Of a DNA stretch of 57,338 nt, positions 38,492-47,698 are shown piece after piece. Below the pieces are notes generated by a model that was not told where the DNA came from, made no database searches, and saw nothing but the letters and a program-made list of their open reading frames with translations. The number at the start of each line of letters is the position of its first letter. Positions within the stretch are counted from its first letter, which is position 1. The DNA comes from an uncultured Thermoplasmatales archaeon (lineage in GTDB: Archaea; Thermoplasmatota; Thermoplasmata; Thermoplasmatales; GCA-001856825): the NCBI GenBank assembly GCA_964541025.1, contig CAZIOW010000003.1, positions 1 to 57,338 of the forward strand, read 5' to 3'. A program made the position numbers and the translations under genes.

Positions 38492-39165
38492 TCTTGATCC
38501 TTCTCTCCAAGAGTGAATTTGTAAACTAATTCATTCTTATCCATTTTCTTATCGGAAACAGTCATAGACTTATTGAGCTGATCAAGAACGGCGGTGATAT
38601 AACCGTCTGCGACCTGGAGAAAATTCTCTCCATTCTTTCTCGCGGTAACCCTTAATATTATGATATGCTTTGAAATTTCCTGAACTGAAGATTTAACATA
38701 CGGGATTTCAGTTATCAATCTGTCCTCCAGGATCTTTATTACCTGCTTTGCTGTGGATAATTTTGCTACGAATCTTGTCATTTTAGCCCTGTCACCCAGA
38801 GCATATCCTATTTGGTTCAGTCTCGTGTTCATGTCACCTCCAAGGGCAACTGCAGCTGCCTCTATTACCTTTTTGAAGATATCCTCCGAATAACCTGCGG
38901 TAGATCCAATCTCATCAATATCTGATAAAAGCACAGATCCTGAATTTATATTCTTCAGCATTGCTTTTATCCCTACCATACCTCTTTTTCCTTTCACATA
39001 ATTTATTATGAATTTTAAATCTGAGCCACTGGCCTCTTGCATGGGAATCCATTTCATTATAATAAACTGATTATTATCTTTTTTCATCAAAATTTGATTA
39101 CCATTGATATTGCACTGAAAAATGAAGAAATCAAGAAGGTTAAAAGCTGAAAGAATAGAATGCAA
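38488..39165 (-). CDS. hypothetical protein
   Basis: The ORF runs up to 225 aa from a TTG. The real start is probably ATG at 'MKKDNNQ' or 'MKWIPMQ'. Its stop is in an ATGA overlap with the crotonase start. No family recognised. Confidence 0.5.
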   Translation of the reverse strand: MHSILSAFNLLDFFIFQCNINGNQILMKKDNNQFIIMKWIPMQEASGSDLKFIINYVKGKRGMVGIKAMLKNINSGSVLLSDIDEIGSTAGYSEDIFKKVIEAAAVALGGDMNTRLNQIGYALGDRAKMTRFVAKLSTAKQVIKILEDRLITEIPYVKSSVQEISKHIIILRVTARKNGENFLQVADGYITAVLDQLNKSMTVSDKKMDKNELVYKFTLGEKDQE

Positions 39166-40050
39166 TTATATGAAATCTGTAACAGATTTTATCTCACCGG
39201 TGAACCCATCCATGACAAGGGCAGATGAACTATAGATGGGGTAAAGGTAGGTGCTGTTATATTTTATCTTGATTGTTTCGTCTAAAGGCTTCACCTTCTT
39301 CCTCGAAAATACGATGAAAAATTTAGATTCCTCTTCCACCATAATTTCCCTCTCCATATTCTCCTGAATCCATCTTCTCACTTTTTCCATTGAAGAGTTT
39401 ACCTCCCACTTTGGCTCTATCTCCCTGAATTTCGTGGGCCATCCATCAATGACCTCATATCCATTTATAGATTCGCTGATATTTCCATTGACAGAGTTTA
39501 CCATAAGTATCCCCTCCTTCTTTTCATAAAGCCCCCCTTCCAGTACATTGAGTGAATAGGAGAAGAAATAGTAGGGTATGAACAGCAGTTCAGCCTTTAA
39601 ACCTATTGCCTTTGAAACATCTTCCCCAGTAATATTAGGTTTTATGAATTTTGGATTGTTCCCCTCCTCCAGATAAACGTAAATTGAGTCCTCTCCCTCC
39701 TCTTTCTCAACAATTCTATCCTTGCCTCTTGTCAGATGCATATCGATTATGCTTCTTCCGACGAGTGAAGCAACGGCATCCTTTCTTATTCCTATTAGGC
39801 CCTTGCTCTTGCAGTATGAAAGTATTTCCCTGTCATCATCAATTAGAATAAAAACATATTTTTCTCCCGGGTAATTCAGCGTGGAAGAATAGAACTCTCT
39901 GAGCTTCTCAATATCATTGTTTTCCATTAAAAAGACAACCTCTCCAGTATTATCTCCGTGATCTATCCAAATGTATTCAGGTGGGTACCCTGGATATGTT
40001 CTGTAACCCATCCTCCTGATTATCTCTTCCATGAAAAAGCGTAAATCCAT
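39166..40050 (-). CDS. hypothetical protein
   Basis: 294-aa ORF that abuts the next gene with no spacer. The N-terminal ~100 aa faintly resemble an Mrr-like fold ('FMEEIIRRMGYR') but show no clear (D/E)xK catalytic motif. Confidence 0.5.
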   Translation of the reverse strand: MDLRFFMEEIIRRMGYRTYPGYPPEYIWIDHGDNTGEVVFLMENNDIEKLREFYSSTLNYPGEKYVFILIDDDREILSYCKSKGLIGIRKDAVASLVGRSIIDMHLTRGKDRIVEKEEGEDSIYVYLEEGNNPKFIKPNITGEDVSKAIGLKAELLFIPYYFFSYSLNVLEGGLYEKKEGILMVNSVNGNISESINGYEVIDGWPTKFREIEPKWEVNSSMEKVRRWIQENMEREIMVEEESKFFIVFSRKKVKPLDETIKIKYNSTYLYPIYSSSALVMDGFTGEIKSVTDFI

Positions 40051-40148
40051 CTATTTCTCATATTATCAATCGGGTTAATATTGATTTTCCCCAAAGTTAC
40101 TTCAAATAATCTTTTATACGATCTTGCGATTCCGGAATGGTGTAAGGA

Positions 40149-40694
40149 ATGTATGAAATCCGGTTCCACGGAAGAGGTGGACAGGGAGCTGTAACTGCAT
40201 CAAAAATGCTAGCTATGGCCGCTTTTAAGGAGAATAAATGGGTAACAACATTTCCTTTTTATGGGACGGAAAGAAGGGGTGCACCCGTAACCGCTTTCAC
40301 AAGAATTGATAGTGTAAAGATAGAGCTCAGAAGCCAGATATATGAGCCTGATGCTGTCATCCTCCTTGATAAATCTCTGTTAAAACTGGTGAATGTGACA
40401 GAGGGATTGAAACCGCATGGCCTGGTTTTGATAAATGGAAAGCAGGGCGATTTCGAGAGCAGCAATGGTTTCAAGGTGGCTTATGTGGACGCAACGAGCA
40501 TAGCTCTGAAAAACCATCTCGGCGATCCTTCTCACCCAATAGTTAACACTGCAATACTTGGAGCATTCGCAAAGGTAAGTGGAATAGTATCAGTGGATTC
40601 AATGAAGGGTGCAGTCAGGGATATATCACCTTCAAAGATAAATGAGAATGTAAATGCAATTGAAGAGGCATATGAAGAAGTGGAGGTGGTCTAA
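40149..40694 (+). CDS. porG: pyruvate/2-oxoacid:ferredoxin oxidoreductase, gamma subunit
   Basis: 181-aa ORF with 'IRFHGRGGQGAVTASK'. It is the first gene of a gamma-delta-alpha-beta cluster. Confidence 0.85.
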   Translation: MYEIRFHGRGGQGAVTASKMLAMAAFKENKWVTTFPFYGTERRGAPVTAFTRIDSVKIELRSQIYEPDAVILLDKSLLKLVNVTEGLKPHGLVLINGKQGDFESSNGFKVAYVDATSIALKNHLGDPSHPIVNTAILGAFAKVSGIVSVDSMKGAVRDISPSKINENVNAIEEAYEEVEVV

Positions 40695-40991
40695 ATGGTC
40701 ATGACTCCAACTGCATATTATCCCACAACCAACATAAAAACATCATCCTGGAGAACATCAAAACCAGTCATAGATTACTCAAAATGCACAAGATGCATGA
40801 TATGCTGGAAATTCTGTCCGGATGTGGCTATTGATATAAATGAGAATCCTGATTATGATGCCCCAGCTGATAGAATTAAGAAGATGGAGGCTCCATTCAT
40901 AGATTATGACCACTGCAAGGGGTGCGGAATTTGCGCAAACGAATGCCCGTTTGATGCTATAGAAATGGTGAGGGAGGGCGAGGATAAATGA
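40695..40991 (+). CDS. porD: pyruvate/2-oxoacid:ferredoxin oxidoreductase, delta subunit (2x[4Fe-4S])
   Basis: 98-aa ORF with two ferredoxin Cys clusters, 'CTRCMICWKFCP' and 'CKGCGICANECP'. Confidence 0.85.
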   Translation: MVMTPTAYYPTTNIKTSSWRTSKPVIDYSKCTRCMICWKFCPDVAIDINENPDYDAPADRIKKMEAPFIDYDHCKGCGICANECPFDAIEMVREGEDK

Positions 40992-42163
40992 AATCTCAGA
41001 ATATTACAAGAGAGATAATGACAGGTAATGAGGCTGTCGCCACAGGTGTTAAGCTGGCAAGGGTGAAATTCATATCCGCTTACCCGATAACTCCTCAGAC
41101 AGCAATAGTCGAAAAACTGGCTGATATGGTTGCCAATGACAAGATTAAAGCCAAATTTATAGAGGTGGAAAGTGAGCACAGTGCAATGGCTTCAACAATG
41201 ACAAGTGAAGTGACTGGGATTAGATCTTTCACTGCATCATCATCCCACGGAGTTCTTTATATGCACGAGATGCTCCACTGGGTCGCGGGCTCAAGGCTAC
41301 CCGTTCTTATGGCCGTAGTGAACAGGGCAATTGGTCCTCCTTGGAACATATGGGCTGATCAAACTGACAGCATCACGCAGAGGGATACAGGATGGATGCA
41401 GGTTTATTGCGAATCAAACCAGGAGGCTATGGATAGCATACTACTCGGTTACAAGGTTGCGGAAAATAAGAATGTGATGCTTCCAATAATGAGTATGCAG
41501 GATGCATTCACTCTTTCACATACTTCAGAACCTGTCATAATAAGGGATGAGAGCGATGCTTATGACTACGTTGGTGATCTAAATTTACCGTTCAGCATAG
41601 ATCTGAAGAATCCACTGGGATACGGCTCACTGATGCCTCCTGATGGTCCATTCATGGAGCTGAAGAAGGATATGAGGGATTCAATGTATAAAGCCCTGGA
41701 CGTGGTGAAAGAGGAAACAAAGAAATTCAATGATAAATTCAATGCAGATTTTCCTGGATTGATTGAGAATTTCATGATGGAGGATGCGGATTATGCCCTC
41801 ATAACTATGGGAAGCATGTCCTCAACAGGAAAGTATACAGTGAGAAAACTCAGGGAAAGGGGTATGAAGGTCGGGCTCATAAGAATACTCTTTTACAGGC
41901 CATTCCCGGCAGAGGAAATTCTGAAATCAATTAAGGGGCTCAAGGGAATAGGGGTTCTTGACAGGAGTATAACGTTCGGCCAGAGAGGAGCGGTATATGA
42001 GGATGTGGTGACATCGGTTTACAACAAGACTGACGTTCCAATGAAGAATTACATTATAGGTCTCGGAGGCAGGGACATAAGGGTAAAGGATTATGAGAGG
42101 ATGTATGAGGGGCTGATTGATGGAGGGGATTCGATGGAATGGATAAATGTGGGAGGTAAGTGA
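40988..42163 (+). CDS. porA: pyruvate/2-oxoacid:ferredoxin oxidoreductase, alpha subunit
   Basis: 391-aa ORF with 'MTGNEAVATGVKLARVKFISAYPITPQT'. The start is in an ATGA overlap with porD. Confidence 0.88.
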   Translation: MKSQNITREIMTGNEAVATGVKLARVKFISAYPITPQTAIVEKLADMVANDKIKAKFIEVESEHSAMASTMTSEVTGIRSFTASSSHGVLYMHEMLHWVAGSRLPVLMAVVNRAIGPPWNIWADQTDSITQRDTGWMQVYCESNQEAMDSILLGYKVAENKNVMLPIMSMQDAFTLSHTSEPVIIRDESDAYDYVGDLNLPFSIDLKNPLGYGSLMPPDGPFMELKKDMRDSMYKALDVVKEETKKFNDKFNADFPGLIENFMMEDADYALITMGSMSSTGKYTVRKLRERGMKVGLIRILFYRPFPAEEILKSIKGLKGIGVLDRSITFGQRGAVYEDVVTSVYNKTDVPMKNYIIGLGGRDIRVKDYERMYEGLIDGGDSMEWINVGGK

Positions 42164-42164
42164 A

Positions 42165-43046
42165 ATGCCCACCTCAATACCAAAGGAAGAATTCATGATG
42201 TCAGGACACGCAGCCTGCGCAGGATGCGGTGCAGTGCTAGCAATGCGTTATGTTCTCAAGGCTTTAGGAGAGAAAACAGTGGTATCTGTACCGGCATCGT
42301 GCTGGGCAGTTATCCCTGGAAATTATCCTGCTGAGGTTCTCAAGGTTCCCATGGTTTACACTCCATTCGCTGCAACAGGAGCATCAATATCAGGTATAAG
42401 GGAGGGACTTGACATAGAAGGCAAGGAGGATTACAACGTGGTAGGTTTTGCAGGAGATGGCGGAACCGCAGATATAGGCCTCCAGGCTCTGAGCGCAGCC
42501 ATGGAAAGGGGTCACAACGTTTTCTACATAATGTATGATAATGAAGCCTACATGAACACCGGGATACAGAGAAGCGGGAGCACTCCATTCGGTGCATGGA
42601 CAACAACCACTCCAATTGGTAAGGACAGGACTTTCAAGAAGGAAAATAAAAAGGTTGTAGCGGATATAATGATGGCCCAGGGTGTCCCATACGTGGCCAC
42701 TGCCTCAGTGGCTTTTCCAGAAGACCTCATAAGGAAAGTCAAGAATGCAAAGGAAATCAAGGGCCCAAAATTCATTCAGATTCTTTCTCCCTGCCCACCA
42801 GGATGGTATCACAATTCCGAAGATACCATAAAAGTATCAAGGCTTGCTGTGGAAACAAGGGTATTTCCCCTTTATGAATATAAGAATGGGCAGTTCAGCC
42901 TTTACAAGACAAATAAATTTGTGCCTGTTGAGGAATATCTCAAAATACAGGGGAGGTTTGCCCACCTGAGGGATGAAGAGATAAAGGAAATACAGAATTT
43001 TGTCAATGAGAGATGGGAGCTCCTCCTTAAAAAGGAAGGTAATTGA
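42165..43046 (+). CDS. porB: pyruvate/2-oxoacid:ferredoxin oxidoreductase, beta subunit (TPP-binding)
   Basis: Start taken at ATG 42165, just after the porA stop and preceded by GGAGG. 'GHAACAGCG' and the TPP motif 'GDGGTADIG...NEAYMNTG'. Confidence 0.88.
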   Translation: MPTSIPKEEFMMSGHAACAGCGAVLAMRYVLKALGEKTVVSVPASCWAVIPGNYPAEVLKVPMVYTPFAATGASISGIREGLDIEGKEDYNVVGFAGDGGTADIGLQALSAAMERGHNVFYIMYDNEAYMNTGIQRSGSTPFGAWTTTTPIGKDRTFKKENKKVVADIMMAQGVPYVATASVAFPEDLIRKVKNAKEIKGPKFIQILSPCPPGWYHNSEDTIKVSRLAVETRVFPLYEYKNGQFSLYKTNKFVPVEEYLKIQGRFAHLRDEEIKEIQNFVNERWELLLKKEGN

Positions 43047-44881
43047 ATTTGAAGGAAGAAACACTCCTCGGGAAAGAAGGGGAAATTCAGTTCCTGCTTG
43101 GAAATGAGGCTGTAGTCAGGGGTCTTTACGAGGCTGGAGTTGGAGTCGCAGCCACCTACCCTGGTACTCCAAGTTCTGAAATAGGTGACATACTCTTTAA
43201 AATTTCAAACAAGATGGGGATAAAATTTGAGTTCTCCACAAACGAGAAGGTTGCTCTTGAGGTCGCAGCAGCAGCTTCTGAGTCAGGGCAGAGATCTTTT
43301 GTATTCATGAAGCACGTGGGCCTGAACGTAGCGATGGATTCCTTTGTATCCTTGGCAGGCACAGGAGTTAGAAACGGTATGGTCATACTCTCTGCGGATG
43401 ACCCATCGATGCATTCTTCCCAGAATGAGCAGGATAACAGGTTTCTGGGAAAATTTGCCAAGATGATAGTGCTGGAACCATCCAGTCCTCAGGAACTGAA
43501 GGATTTTGTTGTCGCAGCATTTGACATTTCAGAGGAGATAAAACATCCTGTGCTCATAAGAAGCGTTACGAGGGTTTCCCACGTAAGGGCGCCAGTGAAA
43601 TTTTCCAAACCTAAGGAGAAGAAGAATGGAAAATTTGAAAGGGATCCCGCGTCACTGGTTCTTCTTCCAGAAAATGCCTATGCAGCCCAGAGGAAAATAA
43701 AGGAAAGACTGGATCTTTTCATAAAAAAGGGGTATTCGAAAGTTTTCAACAGAATTGAAGGTGAGGGAAAGGACCTTATCATTACCTCAGGCTCTTCCTA
43801 CAATTATATAGAGGAAGCCGGAGGGAATATTGGGAAACAATTCAGAGTAATGAAAATAGGGGCGAGCTTTCCCCTGGATTTGGATGCGTTGGAAAGGGAA
43901 ATCACAAACTCAGAAAAGATAATATTCCTTGAAGAAGGCGGCCCTCTCATAGAGGAACAGGTTCTATCACGGATGGCTGTAAATCATATAGTTAAAGAGG
44001 TATATGGCAAGCTCAACGGAAAAGTGCCTGAATCGTATGAGATGAATGTTGATCGTGTCTCAAAGATCCTTGCTGGTATTTATGGAATTAACTATATAGA
44101 GAAAGGTAAAAATTATGATATGCCCCAGAGGCCACCGGCCTTGTGCCCAGGGTGTCCTCACAGGGCCACGTACTACGTAGCGAAAATAGCACTTAGGCAG
44201 AAGGGAATCAGGAATTTTGTGGCACCAACTGATATAGGATGCTATACCCTTGGATACTATGAACCTTATTCCCTGGGGGATTTTTTGCTTTCAATGGGGT
44301 CTTCCATAGGATCAGCCAATGGATTCACCTACAACGTCGATGGAAAGGTTGTGGCATTCATAGGAGACAGCACGTTTTTCCACGCAGGAATTCCTGCCCT
44401 CATAAATGCATATCACAACAATCATAATTTTCTCCTTGTAATCCTGGACAATTCAACAACTGCCATGACGGGTGGACAGCCAACCCCTGAACACACAGAG
44501 GGAATGAAAAGGGTTGACATAAAGAACATAGTTCGGGCAATAGGAATAGAGAATATCTATGAAATGGACCCATATGACCTCAATAATTCACTTGCAACAT
44601 TCAGGAAGGCGTTAGACTCAAAGGAGCTTTCTGTCATAATAAGCAAGAGGGACTGCGCTCTTGAGGCAGACAGGGTTAAAAGGCAGGATGAGATGAAAGT
44701 CTATGAAGTCAATCAGGACAAGTGCAAATTGTGCTATAACTGTGTCAAGAACTTTGCATGTGCAGCTTTTTACATAGAGGACGGCAGAGTGAAGATAGAC
44801 CCTGAATTGTGTGACGGATGTTCAGTTTGTTCAGAGCCACTTGTGTGTCCGTTCAATGCAATAGAGGTGAAACAGCAATGA
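43043..44881 (+). CDS. iorA: indolepyruvate:ferredoxin oxidoreductase, alpha subunit
   Basis: 612-aa ORF with a TTG start. 'LLGNEAVVRGLYEAGVGVAATYPGTPSSEI', a TPP motif 'GDSTFFHAG...NSTTAMTGGQ' and C-terminal Cys clusters. Confidence 0.88.
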   Translation: MNLKEETLLGKEGEIQFLLGNEAVVRGLYEAGVGVAATYPGTPSSEIGDILFKISNKMGIKFEFSTNEKVALEVAAAASESGQRSFVFMKHVGLNVAMDSFVSLAGTGVRNGMVILSADDPSMHSSQNEQDNRFLGKFAKMIVLEPSSPQELKDFVVAAFDISEEIKHPVLIRSVTRVSHVRAPVKFSKPKEKKNGKFERDPASLVLLPENAYAAQRKIKERLDLFIKKGYSKVFNRIEGEGKDLIITSGSSYNYIEEAGGNIGKQFRVMKIGASFPLDLDALEREITNSEKIIFLEEGGPLIEEQVLSRMAVNHIVKEVYGKLNGKVPESYEMNVDRVSKILAGIYGINYIEKGKNYDMPQRPPALCPGCPHRATYYVAKIALRQKGIRNFVAPTDIGCYTLGYYEPYSLGDFLLSMGSSIGSANGFTYNVDGKVVAFIGDSTFFHAGIPALINAYHNNHNFLLVILDNSTTAMTGGQPTPEHTEGMKRVDIKNIVRAIGIENIYEMDPYDLNNSLATFRKALDSKELSVIISKRDCALEADRVKRQDEMKVYEVNQDKCKLCYNCVKNFACAAFYIEDGRVKIDPELCDGCSVCSEPLVCPFNAIEVKQQ

Positions 44882-45465
44882 CAAGCATAGTATTCGCAGG
44901 AATAGGAGGGCAGGGTGTTATCACTGTTTCGAACATAGTAGGCAGGGCTGCTGTTATAGAGGGAAAGAATGCTATGATGACAGAGCTTCACGGAATGGCA
45001 CAGAGGGGTGGCAGAATATCAGTTGACCTGAGAATAGGGGACTACAGGAACGCAATCATTCCAAACGGAAGTGCGGATGTTATAGTGGCATTTGAGGAAA
45101 TGGAAGCAGTGAGGAATATAGGGAAGATGAAGGAAGATGGGATAATAATAATAAATCAGAGAAAGATACATCCAATCACGCTAATAAGAAATGCTCAGGA
45201 TTATCCGGAGAAGGATATAGAGGAAATACTTTCTAAATACAGAGTCATCAGGATTGAGGCAGATGACATCGCTCTTAAACTTGGTAACAAGAAGAGCGTG
45301 AATATGGTTATGCTCGGAGCACTTTATGCATCCGGGCTTCTGGAACTTAGGGAGGAAAGCATTATGAGAGCAGTGGAAGAATCATTTGGTTCCAGATTCA
45401 TGGAAATAAACAAGAGGGCATTCCTGGAAGGAAGGAATGCTCTGAATTCAGCAGCGATCCAATGA
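44878..45465 (+). CDS. iorB: indolepyruvate:ferredoxin oxidoreductase, beta subunit
   Basis: Start taken at ATG 44878, in an ATGA overlap with iorA. 'IVFAGIGGQGVITVS' and 'MTELHGMAQRGG'. Confidence 0.85.
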   Translation: MTSIVFAGIGGQGVITVSNIVGRAAVIEGKNAMMTELHGMAQRGGRISVDLRIGDYRNAIIPNGSADVIVAFEEMEAVRNIGKMKEDGIIIINQRKIHPITLIRNAQDYPEKDIEEILSKYRVIRIEADDIALKLGNKKSVNMVMLGALYASGLLELREESIMRAVEESFGSRFMEINKRAFLEGRNALNSAAIQ

Positions 45466-46322
45466 AAATAAATATCATCGGTCCAGGAGCAATTGGTTTA
45501 ATTCTCTATTATTACCTCCATAAGAAAAATGATGTTCTGCTGATCGTCAGGGAAGAGGATGTGGAAAAATATAGATTCATAAGAGTGAGGGAAGGTGAAA
45601 GGGAAGAGAAAATTCCTGTTCTGGTTTCAAGTGGACTGGGGGAAGCGGAACTGACAATAATTGCAGTAAAATCTTACGATCTGGAAAGTGCACTTGATGA
45701 ATACAGGCCCAAGGGAAAAGTACTCTTCATGCAGAATGGCCTTAAACATCTTGCAATTGAAATGGAGGGAATGGAGAAATTCTATGCAGTGACAACATGG
45801 GCCGGGAGAAGAATTGAAAAGGGAACCGTTGAGATAACAGGAAGGGGATACTTCAAGGTTGGTGGAAAGGGTAACCTGGATATCTCAGTATTCAAGGAGG
45901 CTGGAATAAATGCGGAATGGAGTGATGACATAATCAAAGAAATTTACAGAAAGGCATCAATAAACTCTGTTATAAATCCTCTGACAGCAATATTCAGAGT
46001 TAAGAATGGAACCATAATAGATAATCCTTATCTTTGGTCAATTGCAGGAATGATATCCTCAGAAAATTCAGAGCTGATGAAGAAAAATGGATACGATTTT
46101 AAAGTTGAGAATGATGTTCATGAAACGTGCACTGTGACTTCAAGGAATGTCAGCAGCATGCTTCAGGATATTCTAAATGGAAAGAGGACGGAAGTAGAAT
46201 CAATATCTGGAGAAATTGTTAGACTGGGGGAGAAGTATGGTATGGAGATGCCTTTGAATAGGATGATGCTGAATGCAGTTCTCTTTCTGGAAAATACATC
46301 ATCCGGTAAAATGACTTTGTGA
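45462..46322 (+). CDS. 2-dehydropantoate 2-reductase (ApbA/PanE) family oxidoreductase
   Basis: 286-aa ORF with the Rossmann motif 'INIIGPGAIG' and the C-terminal 'SSMLQDILNGKRTEVESISGEIV' block. The start is in an ATGA overlap with iorB. Confidence 0.75.
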   Translation: MKINIIGPGAIGLILYYYLHKKNDVLLIVREEDVEKYRFIRVREGEREEKIPVLVSSGLGEAELTIIAVKSYDLESALDEYRPKGKVLFMQNGLKHLAIEMEGMEKFYAVTTWAGRRIEKGTVEITGRGYFKVGGKGNLDISVFKEAGINAEWSDDIIKEIYRKASINSVINPLTAIFRVKNGTIIDNPYLWSIAGMISSENSELMKKNGYDFKVENDVHETCTVTSRNVSSMLQDILNGKRTEVESISGEIVRLGEKYGMEMPLNRMMLNAVLFLENTSSGKMTL

Positions 46323-46405
46323 AGTAAATTTGAAATATTATTTTCAGAGTTAAAAAAGGTGACCAAAATTAATGTAGTATTTCTGCATATAAAATAGGTG
46401 AAAAA

Positions 46406-47698
46406 ATGGAACCGGTTTTGCAGGTGGCCTTGGATTTTGAAAATCTGCACAGGGCATTACAGGTTGCAAGGGAGGCTGTTGAAGGAGGGGCTGATTGGAT
46501 AGAGGCGGGAACCCCTCTGATAAAGAGCGAGGGAATGAATGCGATCAGGGAAATAAAGAAAAATTTTCCGGATAAGATTGTAGTCGCTGATATGAAGACT
46601 GCTGATGTTGGAGGTTTTGAAACTGAACTTGCTGCTAAGAGTGGTGCACAGATAGTTACAATATTGGGAATAAGCGATAATCCAACGATCACAGAAGCTG
46701 TAAAGGCTGGAAAAAAATATGGAGCAGAAATAATGATAGATCTACTCCAGGTGGAAAATGTGGAGGAAAGGGTGAGGGAACTAGAAAAACTTGGAGTGAA
46801 ATACTTCTGCGTCCATATTGGAATAGATATGCAGATGATCGGGAAGAATCCACTGGATGAGCTTGAAAGGGTTGTGAAGGCTACCAAATTGCCAGTTGCT
46901 GTAGCAGGAGGGCTGAACAAGCAATCCATACCCGATGTTCTGAGAAGAGGGGCTTCAATAGTGATTGTGGGAGGTGCAATCATAAAGGCACCCAATGTGA
47001 CCGAAGAGACAAGGGGCATTAAGAAGGTCATGAAAACATTGGAACCAGAAGTTAGCAATCTGTACAAAAAATATTCAAGCAGCGAGATAGTAGATGCTCT
47101 TTCCAAGGTATCAAGCTGCAATGTATCTGATGCAATGCACAGAGGAGGTGCAATTCACGGTCTCGTCCCTCATATACAAGTTGGTACAAGGATTGCCGGA
47201 AGGGTCCTGACTGTAAAAACAGTAAACGGGGACTGGGCAAAACCTGTAGAAGCAATAGACAAGGCAAGGGAAGGGGACATAATTTTCATAGATGCTGACG
47301 GGGGGGAGGATGCCGTCTGGGGGGAGCTGGCAACCTGGAGTGCTGTTTCCAGGAAACTTAAGGGAGTGATAATATGGGGTGCTATAAGGGACCTCGATGA
47401 TATCATGAAAATACCTTTTCCAGCATTTTCAAAGAATGTTGCCTCTAATGCCGGAGATCCGAAAGGGTACGGAGAGATAGGTGGGGAAATTGAGATAAAT
47501 GGAAGAAAGATCAGGACAGGGGACTACGTTGTGGCTGACTACTCTGGAGTTGTTGTAATCCCGGAGGAAGAAGCCCAGGAGGTAGCAAACAGGGCAATTG
47601 ATGTGATGGAAAGGGAAAACAGAGTGAGGGAGGAAATAAAGAGGGGGAGTACCCTTTCTGCTGTCCAGAAATTAGAGAAATGGGAGAAGGTTGGATAG
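46406..47698 (+). CDS. bifunctional 3-hexulose-6-phosphate synthase / RraA-like domain protein
   Basis: 430-aa ORF. The N-terminal half is HPS/OMPdecase-like ('LQVALDF...ADWIEAGTPLIK...VADMKTADVG'). The C-terminal half is RraA-like ('NVSDAM...GDII..DA.G...AVWGELA...GVIIWGAIRD'). Confidence 0.8.
   Translation: MEPVLQVALDFENLHRALQVAREAVEGGADWIEAGTPLIKSEGMNAIREIKKNFPDKIVVADMKTADVGGFETELAAKSGAQIVTILGISDNPTITEAVKAGKKYGAEIMIDLLQVENVEERVRELEKLGVKYFCVHIGIDMQMIGKNPLDELERVVKATKLPVAVAGGLNKQSIPDVLRRGASIVIVGGAIIKAPNVTEETRGIKKVMKTLEPEVSNLYKKYSSSEIVDALSKVSSCNVSDAMHRGGAIHGLVPHIQVGTRIAGRVLTVKTVNGDWAKPVEAIDKAREGDIIFIDADGGEDAVWGELATWSAVSRKLKGVIIWGAIRDLDDIMKIPFPAFSKNVASNAGDPKGYGEIGGEIEINGRKIRTGDYVVADYSGVVVIPEEEAQEVANRAIDVMERENRVREEIKRGSTLSAVQKLEKWEKVG

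Noticed and set aside
44818-44877. Upstream extension of the iorB ORF
   Set aside because: It overlaps the Cys-rich C-terminus of iorA in another frame. ATG 44878, in an ATGA overlap, starts the conserved 'MTSIVFAGIGGQG' N-terminus.
46369-47121. 250-aa minus-strand ORF
   Set aside because: It is antisense to the well-supported HPS-RraA gene. The translation is Ser/Thr/Ala-rich and low-complexity, so it is a shadow ORF.
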